From Azolla caroliniana (lineage: Eukaryota > Plantae > Polypodiophyta), in contig JBHGNT010000011.1 in assembly GCA_043228905.1 (NCBI GenBank), positions 10,788,001 through 10,852,000 on the forward strand: a stretch of 64,000 nucleotides of DNA, read 5' to 3'. Each line of letters starts with the position of its first letter. Position 1 is the stretch's first letter. Positions 34,685 through 46,606 of the stretch are shown piece by piece. Both the position numbers and the translations under genes were made by a program. Under the pieces are notes generated by a model. The model was not told the DNA's origin and did not search any database. It saw nothing but the letters and a program-made list of their open reading frames with translations.

Positions 34685-35529
34685 TCAGAACAAAAGGAAA
34701 ATAGAAACTCCTTGAGCCAAGCCTATTATTAGTCTTCGGTATAACATACAACATGAAGTTACTCCCTCAACGCATTCTATTTTCTGCATCCAAAAACAAT
34801 GTTCCATTCAGCAAAACATGAATTATTATTAATACATCTCTCTCATTTCTGCCTCAGAAAAGGGTATATGCATTGTAGGCATGATGTTCAATACTTATAT
34901 AAACCGAATAAAATACAATTCTCAATGCTTCCATCTCATTTCTTGAAATTCAGGACGTTACATTCATGACGCAACATATTGCAGTAAGTTCCCATTATAT
35001 TTCAACGCATTTCTCAAGAGTTTCCTTTACTTCCGAGTGAATACGTAATTTGACAATGTGATCAGAACAGACCGTCCACTAGACTGGCGGTAGAGAACTC
35101 AACAAGAAAACTTGATCTTTCTCATGAAATTTCGTGCTTTCTATCATACAAAATTCAAGCGGTAAGCCTTATACAGAGTACAGATTAGATCAGGGGGAGA
35201 AAGATCCAGATCTGGAAGCGTAAAAGATAGAGTCTTGTTCTATTTTGACTTAGTTTGCTTCCCTAAAATAAATACATTTCAACTGTATGACCTAAAACTT
35301 ATTTTCACGTAGCTTCTTTTTCAACGCCATCTTATCCTGCACAAAAGCTGAACGTTTTGAAGCGTCATTTTACCTGAAACTCAAGTTTTGGCTTGAAGAT
35401 GTCTTCATTTATAAACGAACCCCTAGACATGCAAGTCCGAAAGCTCTGCTTCAGCACAAAGATGCAATGTGGAAAATCTGCGTAAAAGAAGGAAGGAAGA
35501 GGGGGGAAAGCATGAGATCCAGCTTCCAT
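34685..35529 (-). CDS. Candidate spliced upstream ORF (84 aa; 51 aa from the second ATG) in the PI4Kgamma 5' leader, exons 35529-35374 and 34783-34685
   Basis: Donor CAG|GTAAAA at 35373 and acceptor TTTTTGGATGCAG at 34784 join in phase 0 to give MEAGSHAFPPLPSFFYADFPHCIFVLKQSFRTCMSRGSFINEDIFKPKLEFQ|KIECVEGVTSCCMLYRRLIIGLAQGVSIFLLF*. The stop lies about 87 nt before the main ATG. Confidence 0.65.
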
Positions 35530-35896
35530 TGATGAAGAAAGATGCAGATCTACTGTTCTAGCAAACAGAATGCAGCATTAGAACCTACATTCTTTGCGAT
35601 TCCTGCAAGATAAAACCCGAATATTTCCGGTTACTGCCGTAATGACAAGCAATGGCAATACCTTCTTCGCAGATCCTGTGCAATGGAAGCTAGCATTATA
35701 TAGTCAGTGCAATGGCGCTGTCACCACACCTTACTAACTACCACTGGCGCTAGCTTCTTCACGATCCTGCAACGGAAACTAGCAGCATTGTAGGGCAATG
35801 ACTCTGTAAAAGTAGTGATCTGCCGACATTGGAATGGATGTGTATGAGCTACCGATGATGAGTTCAGTGGATGAGCTCCCTGTTTCATCAGAAGTC

Positions 35897-36001
35897 TGAA
35901 GAAGAAGAAGAAGAAGAAGAAGAAGAAGAAGAAAAAGAAGACGACGACGCAGAAGAACAAGTTTGGTACGAGTTGAAGTCCCGTTATATATATATATATA
36001 G
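35897..36001. repeat. (GAA)n tract and (TA)n TATA-like tract at the putative PI4Kgamma transcription start
   Basis: (GAA)n at 35897-35940 reads as a CTT-rich leader on the minus strand; (TA)n at 35985-36000. Confidence 0.7.
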
Positions 36002-36374
36002 ACATAAATATTGGAAGTGTTTTAAAGAGTAGCGCATCTGGACCGTCCATCTCCCAGCAGCCCAACCCCGTCCGTCAAATCCCTGCCCTCCAATCCACAC
36101 CACCACCACCACCCCCCCCCCCCCCCCTTTCCTCCTCCTTCAAACCGTATGTAAATGTATGCACGTACGTATGTATGTAAATGAATGTACGTATGTATTC
36201 CATGTATGTATATTTATGTTTGGGCTGGAGAACTCTTCTTCTTGTTATGTACGTACGTATACGTATATACGTATTTTTGTTTTTTTCTTCCATTTCATCC
36301 GATTGGAGTGTGAGCTCTCTGTGGGCCCCCCTCCCCCCCCCCCCCAACACCGCCCTTCCGATCATTGTCCTATC

Positions 36375-36418
36375 GCCACGTGGCTGCGCCGCCGGCCCAT
36401 CGGAGCCCGCACGTGCCG
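36375..36418. promoter_or_regulatory. G-box/ABRE-like elements upstream of PI4Kgamma
   Basis: Palindrome GCCACGTGGC at 36375-36384, a GGCCCA site-II-like motif, and GCACGTGC at about 36409, all in a GC-rich island. Confidence 0.45.
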
Positions 36419-36538
36419 ACATTTTCCTTTTTCTTTTTTCTTTTTTATTCATTCACCCTGATTTTAAAAAAATTAATTTTGACCGTTTTCTTTTCCGCTT
36501 CTGGCTTTTCTGGTGTGCGTGACAACAACGCATTCATA

Positions 36539-36541
<3 letters not shown>

Positions 36542-36587
<46 letters not shown>

Positions 36588-36691
36588 TCTCTCTGTATAT
36601 ACATACATACATACATACATACATATGTGTGTGCCGCTGCTCTTCCTCTATGTATGTATGTATGTATGTATGTATGTATGTATGTATGTAT
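36542..36691. repeat. Microsatellite cluster (CT)n, (TACA)n, (TATG)n
   Basis: Directly visible in the sequence. Confidence 0.95.
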
Positions 36692-39600
36692 CCAATCTAA
36701 AGCGCTCCAAATCTTCTTGCTTTGATCTTGGGTTTTGTTTTCTTCCGGCTTTAATATCGCCTCTTTTTTTGGGGTGTAGTAGTAGTCATGCATGTACTAC
36801 TACTACTACATAAAGAGAAAGAGACGGTGGGACCCCCCCTTCTTTCTTGGAACACAACACGTTGAGCTTATCCGGTCTTTTTTCACTTTTGGTTTATATA
36901 TGTTCTTATATGTTCTTTCTTCCCTATGCCCAATAAATACCACACTTTCTATTTATTTATTTTTATCTCGATGGCACACCAACGATTTAGATGAAACACT
37001 AGTTATTTTTAACATGATGGATCTCTATCCGTCATCAGCAACAAAAAATAAATAGACTGCATGTATTGCCATAGGCCCATACCTAAGACTATGTACATAT
37101 AAGAAGGTTTCGTGTGTGGTTTATTACTCTTATGGTTTGTGACGATATATCTAAATCTTAATACGGAATGGAAGTCGTTGCCTTTCTAATAGCTAGAAGT
37201 TTTATGGAGTGGCACATGCTCCACATTTTTTGGATTTGTTGTCAATATATAATTTCAATTTGTGGACCATGGTCCCCAAATTTGGACATTAATCTCTATC
37301 AATCAATTGTAAAAACTGTGAGCATTGGACATTAATCTTGGCAATATCCCTAATGAAGGGTCAATGCACGAGATTTCTAGGTTGTATCTTAAGTGTCGTA
37401 TGTCACAAAAAAACGTGACACATGAAACGTGAGCGGGATCACCAAGGACTCTAGGCCAACGAGGAATGGGGCGAACTTCGGTTGGCTCCTTTGGTCCTTA
37501 AAATTTCTTTAATCTCCTTTTGTTTAAAATGTACAACGATGTGTGACAACAATAGTGGATAATGGTGATGGAAGTAGATGTGCTGATGACAACAACAATT
37601 GTAGTAGGCTACAATGGTAGTTGCATATTTTTTTCGTCTAGCGTCATTCGACGAACAGTATGTCGGCCTCGGTCAGTGTGGTGGGTTTGACTCCAATCAT
37701 CCGAGAATCAATGTTTCACTCATAAATTTTTGTTTCCAGCTTGGATTCGCATTCCGAAAATTCCGATCATGGTCCCCACAACAATCTCTTCATGTCAGCG
37801 CTACAAATCCTTTGCTGTGAAATTCCAGGCTTCGTCTTCTATCGAATTCGAGGCATTTTTCATGTATCTTCCCACACCTTGCTCGAATTTGCGAGTTGAA
37901 AAATTCGTTGCACCACTTGTTTGATTATGATTCACTAAAAAATAATAGGGTTAGTAGAAATATTATTCTTGTAGCCATTAGATTATCATATCACATCAAA
38001 AGTTCAAGAAAGTAAATTAGATACAAAGGATATGGTATCTTGACCCCGTTACATGGAGTCATGAGAACGGACGATAGCCATGTCATCTCTTGTCGCCATT
38101 GGTCTTGCACGCTCTCTTGATTCGCTATCCGGAGCTCAGATGAAAATTCAGTAGCACTCCCGCCTTGCACAAAAATGGGTATCCTTGACAATGAGCTCAC
38201 TTGTCCCTTCATATGCTTGTAGTGCTCATCTTTCAAGGGCACCTAGCTTGAGGAAAATGTTGGTCATCTCCCATCATGTTTATCGATTCACATTGTCCCC
38301 ATAGGATTCAAACACTTGACCTTTTCATCTGGGAGTAAGTTCTTACTAATTGACCTATATCTTTTTGCTATTTTTAATATCATTCTATTACATTTCTTCT
38401 AGTTGTGCACTCCACCTAACCTTCAACCTTTCATAAACCAAGAGTATGATGCTTTTCTTCCCATGAATGGACCATTCACCAAGAGTTTGATGCTCTTCAT
38501 AAACCACATCAGGACATTCACCCCCACAAAACTTGTACATCATATGACATGTGTTAAATGCGGTAAGGGAGGGGAAATCACAATGGAGACCTTTAACCTT
38601 TGTATCAATTCTCTCTCATTTATTTGAAACCTATCTACCTACACTAGAAACTTATCTTGTGTAACCAGGGGAATATAGTTACTTGTCCTTTTTCTTCCAA
38701 CTCCACCATAGCCATGATAACCATCCAATCCACCAATTTCTCTTCATACATTTCACAAATCCAAGAGTCTTCATCATGGTCTCATGAGCTTGTTTTCTCT
38801 TGTGATATGAGTGTGTCACCCTCATCTCAGTTATCTCTTGGATCATTGTATCGACACCATGTTGTTGTGTTCTTGTTTACTTCTAACTTCTTTGCATTCT
38901 TCATGATATGCATTCATATGTCAAACTATAGTTCTTTAAGCGTGACATGAAGACTTGAATCCAAATGTGGTATGGATAATGGGAGGACAACTATGGTGAA
39001 CTAGGTCCCATAATCTTCTTCGAGTTCTTATGCTTCTTGGGTTCTTGTGTTACAACTTTTCTCTTCAAGCTTATATAGGTTCATTGCACTTGAACAATTA
39101 TTGATACTTAAAAGTTTACAAGCTGTGGCAAAGAACGAGGTGCCAACCTTCCTTCCTATGAGATCATCTACTCTGGCCACCTTGCCATTGACCTCTATAT
39201 ATCTTCTTTCTTTATCCACACCCTTTTTCATTTGGCCTTGCAATATAGTGCTTTGGCCTTCTATCACCTTCATATGGGTGTTTTTCTCATGTGCAAGGTG
39301 CACACATGTCAAGCTAATGTTAGATCCATGCTTGTCTTCTTCTTGAGCTTCCATGAGGATCATACCCTCCTCTCATTCAATTTCATTCTTCTTGTAATTC
39401 ATGTCCTTTAAGCACAATATCTTTGCTATCTTTTGAGGAACACCCTTCAAGTCGTGTCCATCCACCAAATCTTCATCTTGCTCCTATTTATTGTCTATGC
39501 CTTAGCACTTCATACCTTTATCTAGTTCTGCCTTATCTCTATCCTTCAATTGGGTCATATTGTGGAGTGGACCCAGAGTGTCAGTTATAATCTTATTGTC

Positions 39601-39777
39601 ATCAACAAACAACCCAACCCCCAAGTCTTAGGGTTTGCCAATGTAGTATCCTTAACTTGCGCATTCTCTTCGTTGTGATCACATTTGGATATTCTCTTTT
39701 CCGGTCTATCAATTGCATCTTTTTCAACTTCTTCTTTTCACATAATCCCCGGCATAATGCCTTACTTTCGTACCCTC

Positions 39778-39813
<36 letters not shown>

Positions 39814-40253
39814 AACTATACCATAGTTTCCATTACCAATCTAATAAGCGTATACAAGACATATAATGATACAATGTATTGGCGGCTAAGATATCCCCCA
39901 TTATGTCATAATTGAAGCCAACCTCCCCCTATGGAGGAAACAACCATCGAGGGGGTACATATTGCCAATCTATTTTGTCATTTCTCTCCACAAAAACAAA
40001 TAAATCCTTCCACTTGCCTTTAAAGGATTGCTGTTTCAGAAAAATCATATCTTCATTACTAGTGAAGGAGTAATATTGACCTTTTAAAATTGAGATAAGC
40101 ATCGACCAAATTTCCGTCACACAATGAACAAGATTTTGCTTTATTAGCTGAAACACATTTTTGCATTGATCTATCCAAATATTCCATAGAACCACCGATG
40201 ATATTGTAGCCCATATTGTGGCATCCACATTCAACCAATTTGAGCTTGAGTAT

Positions 40254-43200
40254 TGTTACGGGCATGACCATTTAATATCCCGTGGTGAGAATTTACCGTA
40301 GTATTCTATACACGTGGATAAGTGTGAGGGTTAAATGAAAGTGTAAAGAAGGGGAGGATTACTTTTAATCCTCGGGATTGAGACAACCCATTAGGTCAAG
40401 TGTGAACTTGCATGGGGGCCTTGAGTATCGCTATAAATAAGAGGCCTAGCTACCCTCATTTGATCATCTTTTGACTACATCGAGACTCTGCTCTTGTGGT
40501 GGGTCAACTCTTGTAGCGAGCGCGTCAGCACCAGGTACGACTCGACGCCATGACGATGATATGGGACGCCGATTGAGGCTCGAGTCCGTCTCGATCCCTT
40601 CGCTCGGGGGTGGTCGGGTGGATCGGCACCCTTCTTTCTCTTTCTCCTTTCTATTTATCATTTGTTTATCCTTATCTTAAGCTTACTTTAGTACCTAGAT
40701 CTCTAATATTTGGCATCATATTTATGTACTAATGTTTCTTTGTTTTTCTTTTGTCTTTTGATTGATGGTGATCAATCGATGTGCAGTCGGCCTTGATCCA
40801 GACAACGATCAACAAAGAACTTCGGTAACTCTTTCCGTAATATTTTTTTTTTCTTTCTATTCTCTCTTCTCCCATCTAATCATGTGTTTAGTTTATATGT
40901 CATTTTTTTTTCATTAAGTCAATGATGTTGTAGTGGTCTTTAATTGATTATCTAAAATGTTTACATATGTGCACGAGGTCAATACCTCGTTTGACATATA
41001 AATAATATGTGATGAGTGTCGTATGCGTATGAGGTTAATACCTCAATTACGTATTACGTTCACGAACATATGTTACGTTTGCGTATGAGTTTAATACCTT
41101 GTTTTGTTGTAAACGATATGCGTTTGGTCTTGTATGCGTAAGAGGTCAATACCTCAATTGCGTATTACGATGATCTCTTATTAGTGGATGTTTCGTGTGC
41201 GTAGAGGTATATACCTCGATTACGTATCTCGATCACACCATTTGTGGCTATTTAATATAATGATATGTTTAATATAGGCATATGTGTTCACATATATACG
41301 TATTTGATCGTATATATGTGATAAGTAAACATATGTGTATATTCGTTATTACGTGATTATATCGAAAGTTGTCATTGTCGGGAAAAGGATGTGGTGGCCG
41401 TCCTCACATTTTTGTGAGAAAGGCGTTGTCACCATCCCTTTTTCAACAATTTTGCATTGTTGACAACCCCGTTGATGACCTCGATTTCGTTACGTAAAGA
41501 AACGCCTATAGCCATAATGATGTTGAGTACGTAGGGCTTGACCCACTTCAAGTGAGGTCGCTCCAATGACACACGTATCCAACATCCCTCCCTTGTTACA
41601 TGGATACGATGCCACCATGAGCTCGTTCTTACGAGAGGCATTTGTAATGACGTGACCATGTGATGGGCCACGTGGGCCTACTACGAAACGAGGGCTCATT
41701 TGGCTTGACCTTTAGGTTGCACTTTGGCGTATGCCATCGTAATTACGAGACTTGAGGTTAGGTAACGTACCAACATAGTTTTGGTAAATGAGGGCGAAAT
41801 AAGGACCCTTGACATATATGTTCTTCTAAAAAAAACATATATGATCAAATGCCTCGCATATCTTTTATACGCATCAAATATTAAGCATTCAAGAAGAGCA
41901 ACTTACTTGGTTAGCTCAAGTGTTTAATGTATTTGTTCTCGAGGTCTCGAGTTCAAATATGACCAAGACCATACAACATCCTTGATACATATGAATATAA
42001 CACATGTTTAGACTTAAGGTCTAAGTGCACCTCGGGGTCCTCGTAATAGGACTTAAAGAGCCGAAACCACATATGTGGGCACCAAAACATAGTTTATTGT
42101 TAACATTTTTTTCGTGTATAAACTATTCATGACGTGAACATACATGGTTGAGCCTCGGGGAGCCACCATGAAAAAATTGATATAGAGATCAGGGAAAGAC
42201 ATTTATTTGTCACCCCCATGGTTTTTAAAACACCTTTGTGTTACCATAGTAACCTGATCTTGAACCTCATCTCATACATCTAGAGGGGTATTGACGTGAG
42301 ATCATGATATCGATTAATGTTTGCCCATGATATGTTTACATCACGACATGATGTTATGACTATCTCTCTGAACTTATCCTATTTCTTTTCCAGAAATAAT
42401 CTTTAATGGCTCAAATTAATGACCCAATGTCATCTGCTCAAGCGGAAGGAACTCAAGGGAATCCTCCTGGACAAATGTCCACTAAGATGTATTTGGCACA
42501 AATAACCCAATACCTTAGTTTCACCGCTCAACAGATGACCGAACTTCGGCAATCTCAAAGTGCTCTCGAGGCACGTGTCATTAGTCTACAACGTGAGACT
42601 AATAGACCTGATGAGCGACAAGGTGAACCATCGTTTGTCGTTAAGCCATTTACGGGAGACAAAAAGGAAAGAACCGAAGAAGCAATCTGCACGTGGCTGG
42701 GCCGATGGGAGTCTCATTTTGAGCTCTATCCCACGCCAGATAGTACGAAGATTGCATATGTCGGCCGAGAACTCGGGGGTAAGGCCGCCGCCTGGTGGCG
42801 TGGGCTCCGTACAACGGGGAAATTGCCTGATACCTGGACAAATTTTGTCACGGTTTTTAAGGGCCAATTTCTGCAACCTCCCCCTCGAACCGAGGCAGCA
42901 CAAGCTTTAATGAACCTCTCTAGCAGGAAATTTTCCTCTCTAGAAGACTATGTTCACCATGCTAGAACCCAAATCCAAAAATCGGGTCTAGAAGGGGACA
43001 ATTGGTTGATAGCTTCTTTTGTCAATGGCATCCCCAATTCGGACTATCACTGGATAGTGCACAATAAGGATCCAAAATCCTTCGAAGAGGCCGTTGAAAT
43101 AGTTCTTCGCTATCAACGCACTTCGAAGAAGGACCACAACAAACCCAACGAAGCGCCCGAGACTAAGCAGTCACAATTTGTTGGGAAACACAAGACACCC

Positions 43201-46200
43201 AACAAATTCCTGGATCGCGATTGTAAGCAACAACATCCTTTTTGTGTATTCTGCAAAAAGAAGGGTCATACAAAAGATCAATGTCGAAAGCTCCAACGGA
43301 AAGAGCACGACAACAAAGCTAAAGTTGCAGACCATAAAGGTTAGATTCCTAATGTCCTTCAGGTTTATACACATCATTTAAGTAATTGTCAATGTTCTTC
43401 AAACGGGTATCGCTTAAGTCAATCTGAAGAAGATGAGGTATCTAAGCAACTCAAGGACTATTTACGAATGGGTTATATACGTTATAGTAAATCTCCATGG
43501 GGTGCACTAGTTCTCTTGGTTAAAAAGAAAGAGGGCACATGGCGTATGTGTATTAATTACCGATGCTTGAATAAGTGATGATCAAGAATTCGTATCCATT
43601 GCCCCGGGCTGACGATCTAATTGACCGTCTCTAGGGAGCTCGGTATTTTACGAAACTTGATCTCCGTACTGGCTACCATCAAATATGAATAAGTGAGGAC
43701 GATGTTCCTAAAACGGCATTTCGTACGCTCTATGGCCATTACAAGTTTTTGGTTATGCCTTTTGGTTTGACCAATGCTCTGGCTACTTTTCAACAAGAAA
43801 TGAATGACATTTTCCGAGAAAAACTTGGAAAATTTGGCGTTATTTTCTTGGATGATATTTTAGTTTATAGCCGTACATTACAAGAACATGCTAGACATGT
43901 CCGCTTTGTTTTACAAACATTGCGTGACAAACAGTTTTATGCGAAGATCTCAAAATGTGAGTTCTTCAAGAAATCAATTACTTATCTTGGACATCTCATA
44001 ACCGAACGAGGAGTTGAAATTGATCCTTCTTGCATTGAGAAAATCAAGCTTTGGCCCAGTCTTCAGAATATTTGAGAAGTTCGATCATTCCTTGGTTTTG
44101 TCAGGTTTTTGCGAAAGTCTCTTCGTAATTACTCCCAATTGACGACGCCGTTTACTGATCTTTTAAAAGGTCAAACGCGTAAGTCTACAAAACCTATTGT
44201 GTGGAATGCTACACTAGACCTCGCCTTTAAGGAACTCAAGGACTTGGTTTGCAAGGCTCCTTCACTTCTTTTACTTGATCCTTCAAAACCTTTTGAGGTT
44301 GAAACCGATGCAAGCAATTATGCTATAGGTGTTGTCTTGTATCAAGATGGTAAACCAATAGCATTCGAGAGTAAGAAACTTGATTCTGCTCAATGTCGGT
44401 ATACCGTTCAAGAAAAGGAATTATTTGCAGTTATACATGCGCTCAAAACATGGCGCCATTATCTTTATGGAAATCGCTTTGTGGTAACTACGGACCACGA
44501 GTCCTTGAAATATTTTTGTGACCAACAAGACCTGAAAGGTCGTAAGGCCCGATGGGCTGATCTCATCCAGGACTTTGATTTCTCCATACGATATCGTAAA
44601 GGTTCCATGAACACTGTCGTTGATGCACTAAGTCGCATCCGTGAAGTAACATGCTTAGCTTCACTGAAATAACATCAGATCTTTATGATCACCTTCGAGG
44701 AAAGTATCCTGATGACAGTTATTTTGCAAAATACTAGGCAAGAGTTGAGTCTGGAACAGACACCATCACATCCTCGAAGGAATACTTCCACATTGCTAAT
44801 GGTTTGCTCTACCGTAATGGGAAGGTTTGTGTTCCAGATTTACCCGAGGTCAAAAAGAGGATTCTTTTTTAATGTCATGATGCACCCTTAGTAGGGCACC
44901 CTTGAATACATCGTACACTCGTTCTCATCTCCACTCAATTTTATTGGCCTAAGATGCGTCCTGACATACATAGCTATGTGACTAAATGTCACCAGTGTCA
45001 GGTTAACAAAGCCGAGCGACTTAAAGCCACAAGACTTTTACATCCCTTGGACATTCCCAATAATAAGTGGGAAAGTATATCCATGGATTTTATTGTTAGC
45101 CTTCCTCGCACCCAAAAAGGTCATGATGCCATCTGGGTTGTGGTTGATCGACTAACTAAAATGGCCAGATTTATTGCTACTAAAACCACGGTAACAGCTC
45201 CTGAATTGGCTTACCAATTCATTGACGAATTTTTTCGTTTTTATGGGTTACCGATGGATATCGTGAGTGATCGAGATCCAAAGTTTACTAGTGACTTCTG
45301 GATGCAAGTCTTTAAGAAGTTAGAAACTACGTTGAGCATGAGCTCCACGGATCATCCTCAATCCGATGGACAGACAGAACGAGTAAATCAAATGATTGAG
45401 GACATGCTTCGACCATACGTTGGTGCAAAACCAACAAAATGGGAACGTTATCTCCCAATTTTGGAGTTTGCTTATAACAACTCCAAGCATACGTCGACGG
45501 GATATAGTCCTTTTATGTTGATGTATGGTTTTCAGCCACGAGCCCCGATTGATGTTAATATACATCATGATGAGTTGCGAAGTACGCAAAACTTTCTTCG
45601 GGATATGCAAGATATGTTGCATATTGCACGAGATAATATAAAAACAGCTCAAGATAGAGCGCGTTTTTATGCCGATCATCATAGGCAACCTCGTGTATTC
45701 AACCCTGGACAGAAGGTATTTTTACGTGTACCTCACAATTCTAAGACATTGTCTACGGGTAAGTGCGCTAAGTTAGCCCCACGGTTTTGTGGACCTTTTA
45801 CAGTCCTCAAACGCATTGGGTCATTAGCCTATCGTCTCGCTCTTCCCGATGGTGTTGGAATTCATCCAGTCTTTCATGTGAGTCGTCTAAAAGAACTTCT
45901 AGGTTCTGGCGACAATACAGTTACAACTGAAACTCTGGTTACTTCTGAAGAATTATCTTCTAAACCACATGTACTAGAAAGAATTCTTGATGTTAAAACA
46001 AAAAAATTACATACTAAAGAAATCCGAGAATTTAAAATAAAATGGATGGATAAATCAATAAAAGATGCCACATGGGAACGCGAAAATACTCTCAGAACTA
46101 ATTTCCCTAACTTTCCATTGCAAGAGTGCAATGTTTTAAAGAGGGGGAGTATGTTACGGGCATGACCATATAATATCCCGTGGTGAGAATTTACCGTAGT

Positions 46201-46606
46201 ATTCTATACACGTGGATAAGTGTGAGGGTTAAACGAGAGTGTAAAGAAGGGGAGGATTACTTTTAATCCTCGGGATTGAAACAACCCATTAGGTCAAGTG
46301 TGAACTTGCCTGGGGGCCTTGGGTATCGCTATAAATAAGAGGCCTAGCTACCCTCATTTGATCATCTTTTGACTACATCGAGACTCTGCTCTTGTGGTGG
46401 GTCAACTCTTGTAGCGAGCGCGCCAGCACCAGGTACGACTCGACGCCACGACGGTGGTATGGGACGCTGATCGAGGCTCGAGTCCGTCTCGATCCCTTCG
46501 CTCGGGGGTGGTCGGGTGGATCGACACCCTTCTTTCTCTTTCTCCTTTCTATCTATCATTTGTTTATCCTTATCTTAAGTTTACTTTAGTACCTAGATCT
46601 CTAATA
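40254..46606 (+). mobile_element. Ty3/gypsy chromovirus with 455-bp LTRs (40254-40708, 46152-46606) and TSD AGTAT; non-autonomous, protease missing
   Basis: TSD at 40249-40253 and 46607-46611. PBS-like tttggcatca; PPT aagagggggagta. Gag with CVFCKKKGHTKDQC, RT (FLDDIL), RNase H (ETDASNYAIG), integrase (SMDFI, GQTERVN), GPF motif and chromodomain (FKIKW...DATWE). Confidence 0.96.
42406..43344 (+). CDS. gag: Chromovirus Gag (capsid and CCHC zinc knuckle), intact 312-aa ORF
   Basis: Retrotransposon gag motif LGGKAAAWW...TWTNFVTVFKGQF and CX2CX4HX4C. Confidence 0.85.
   Translation: MAQINDPMSSAQAEGTQGNPPGQMSTKMYLAQITQYLSFTAQQMTELRQSQSALEARVISLQRETNRPDERQGEPSFVVKPFTGDKKERTEEAICTWLGRWESHFELYPTPDSTKIAYVGRELGGKAAAWWRGLRTTGKLPDTWTNFVTVFKGQFLQPPPRTEAAQALMNLSSRKFSSLEDYVHHARTQIQKSGLEGDNWLIASFVNGIPNSDYHWIVHNKDPKSFEEAVEIVLRYQRTSKKDHNKPNEAPETKQSQFVGKHKTPNKFLDRDCKQQHPFCVFCKKKGHTKDQCRKLQRKEHDNKAKVADHKG

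Noticed and set aside
36075-36813. Cluster of ORFs of 60-125 aa
   Set aside because: They are translations of microsatellites and poly-C tracts in a promoter region.
37600-39650. Short ORFs, possibly a decayed gypsy gag-protease region
   Set aside because: No diagnostic motif can be recognised with confidence; an HMM search is needed.
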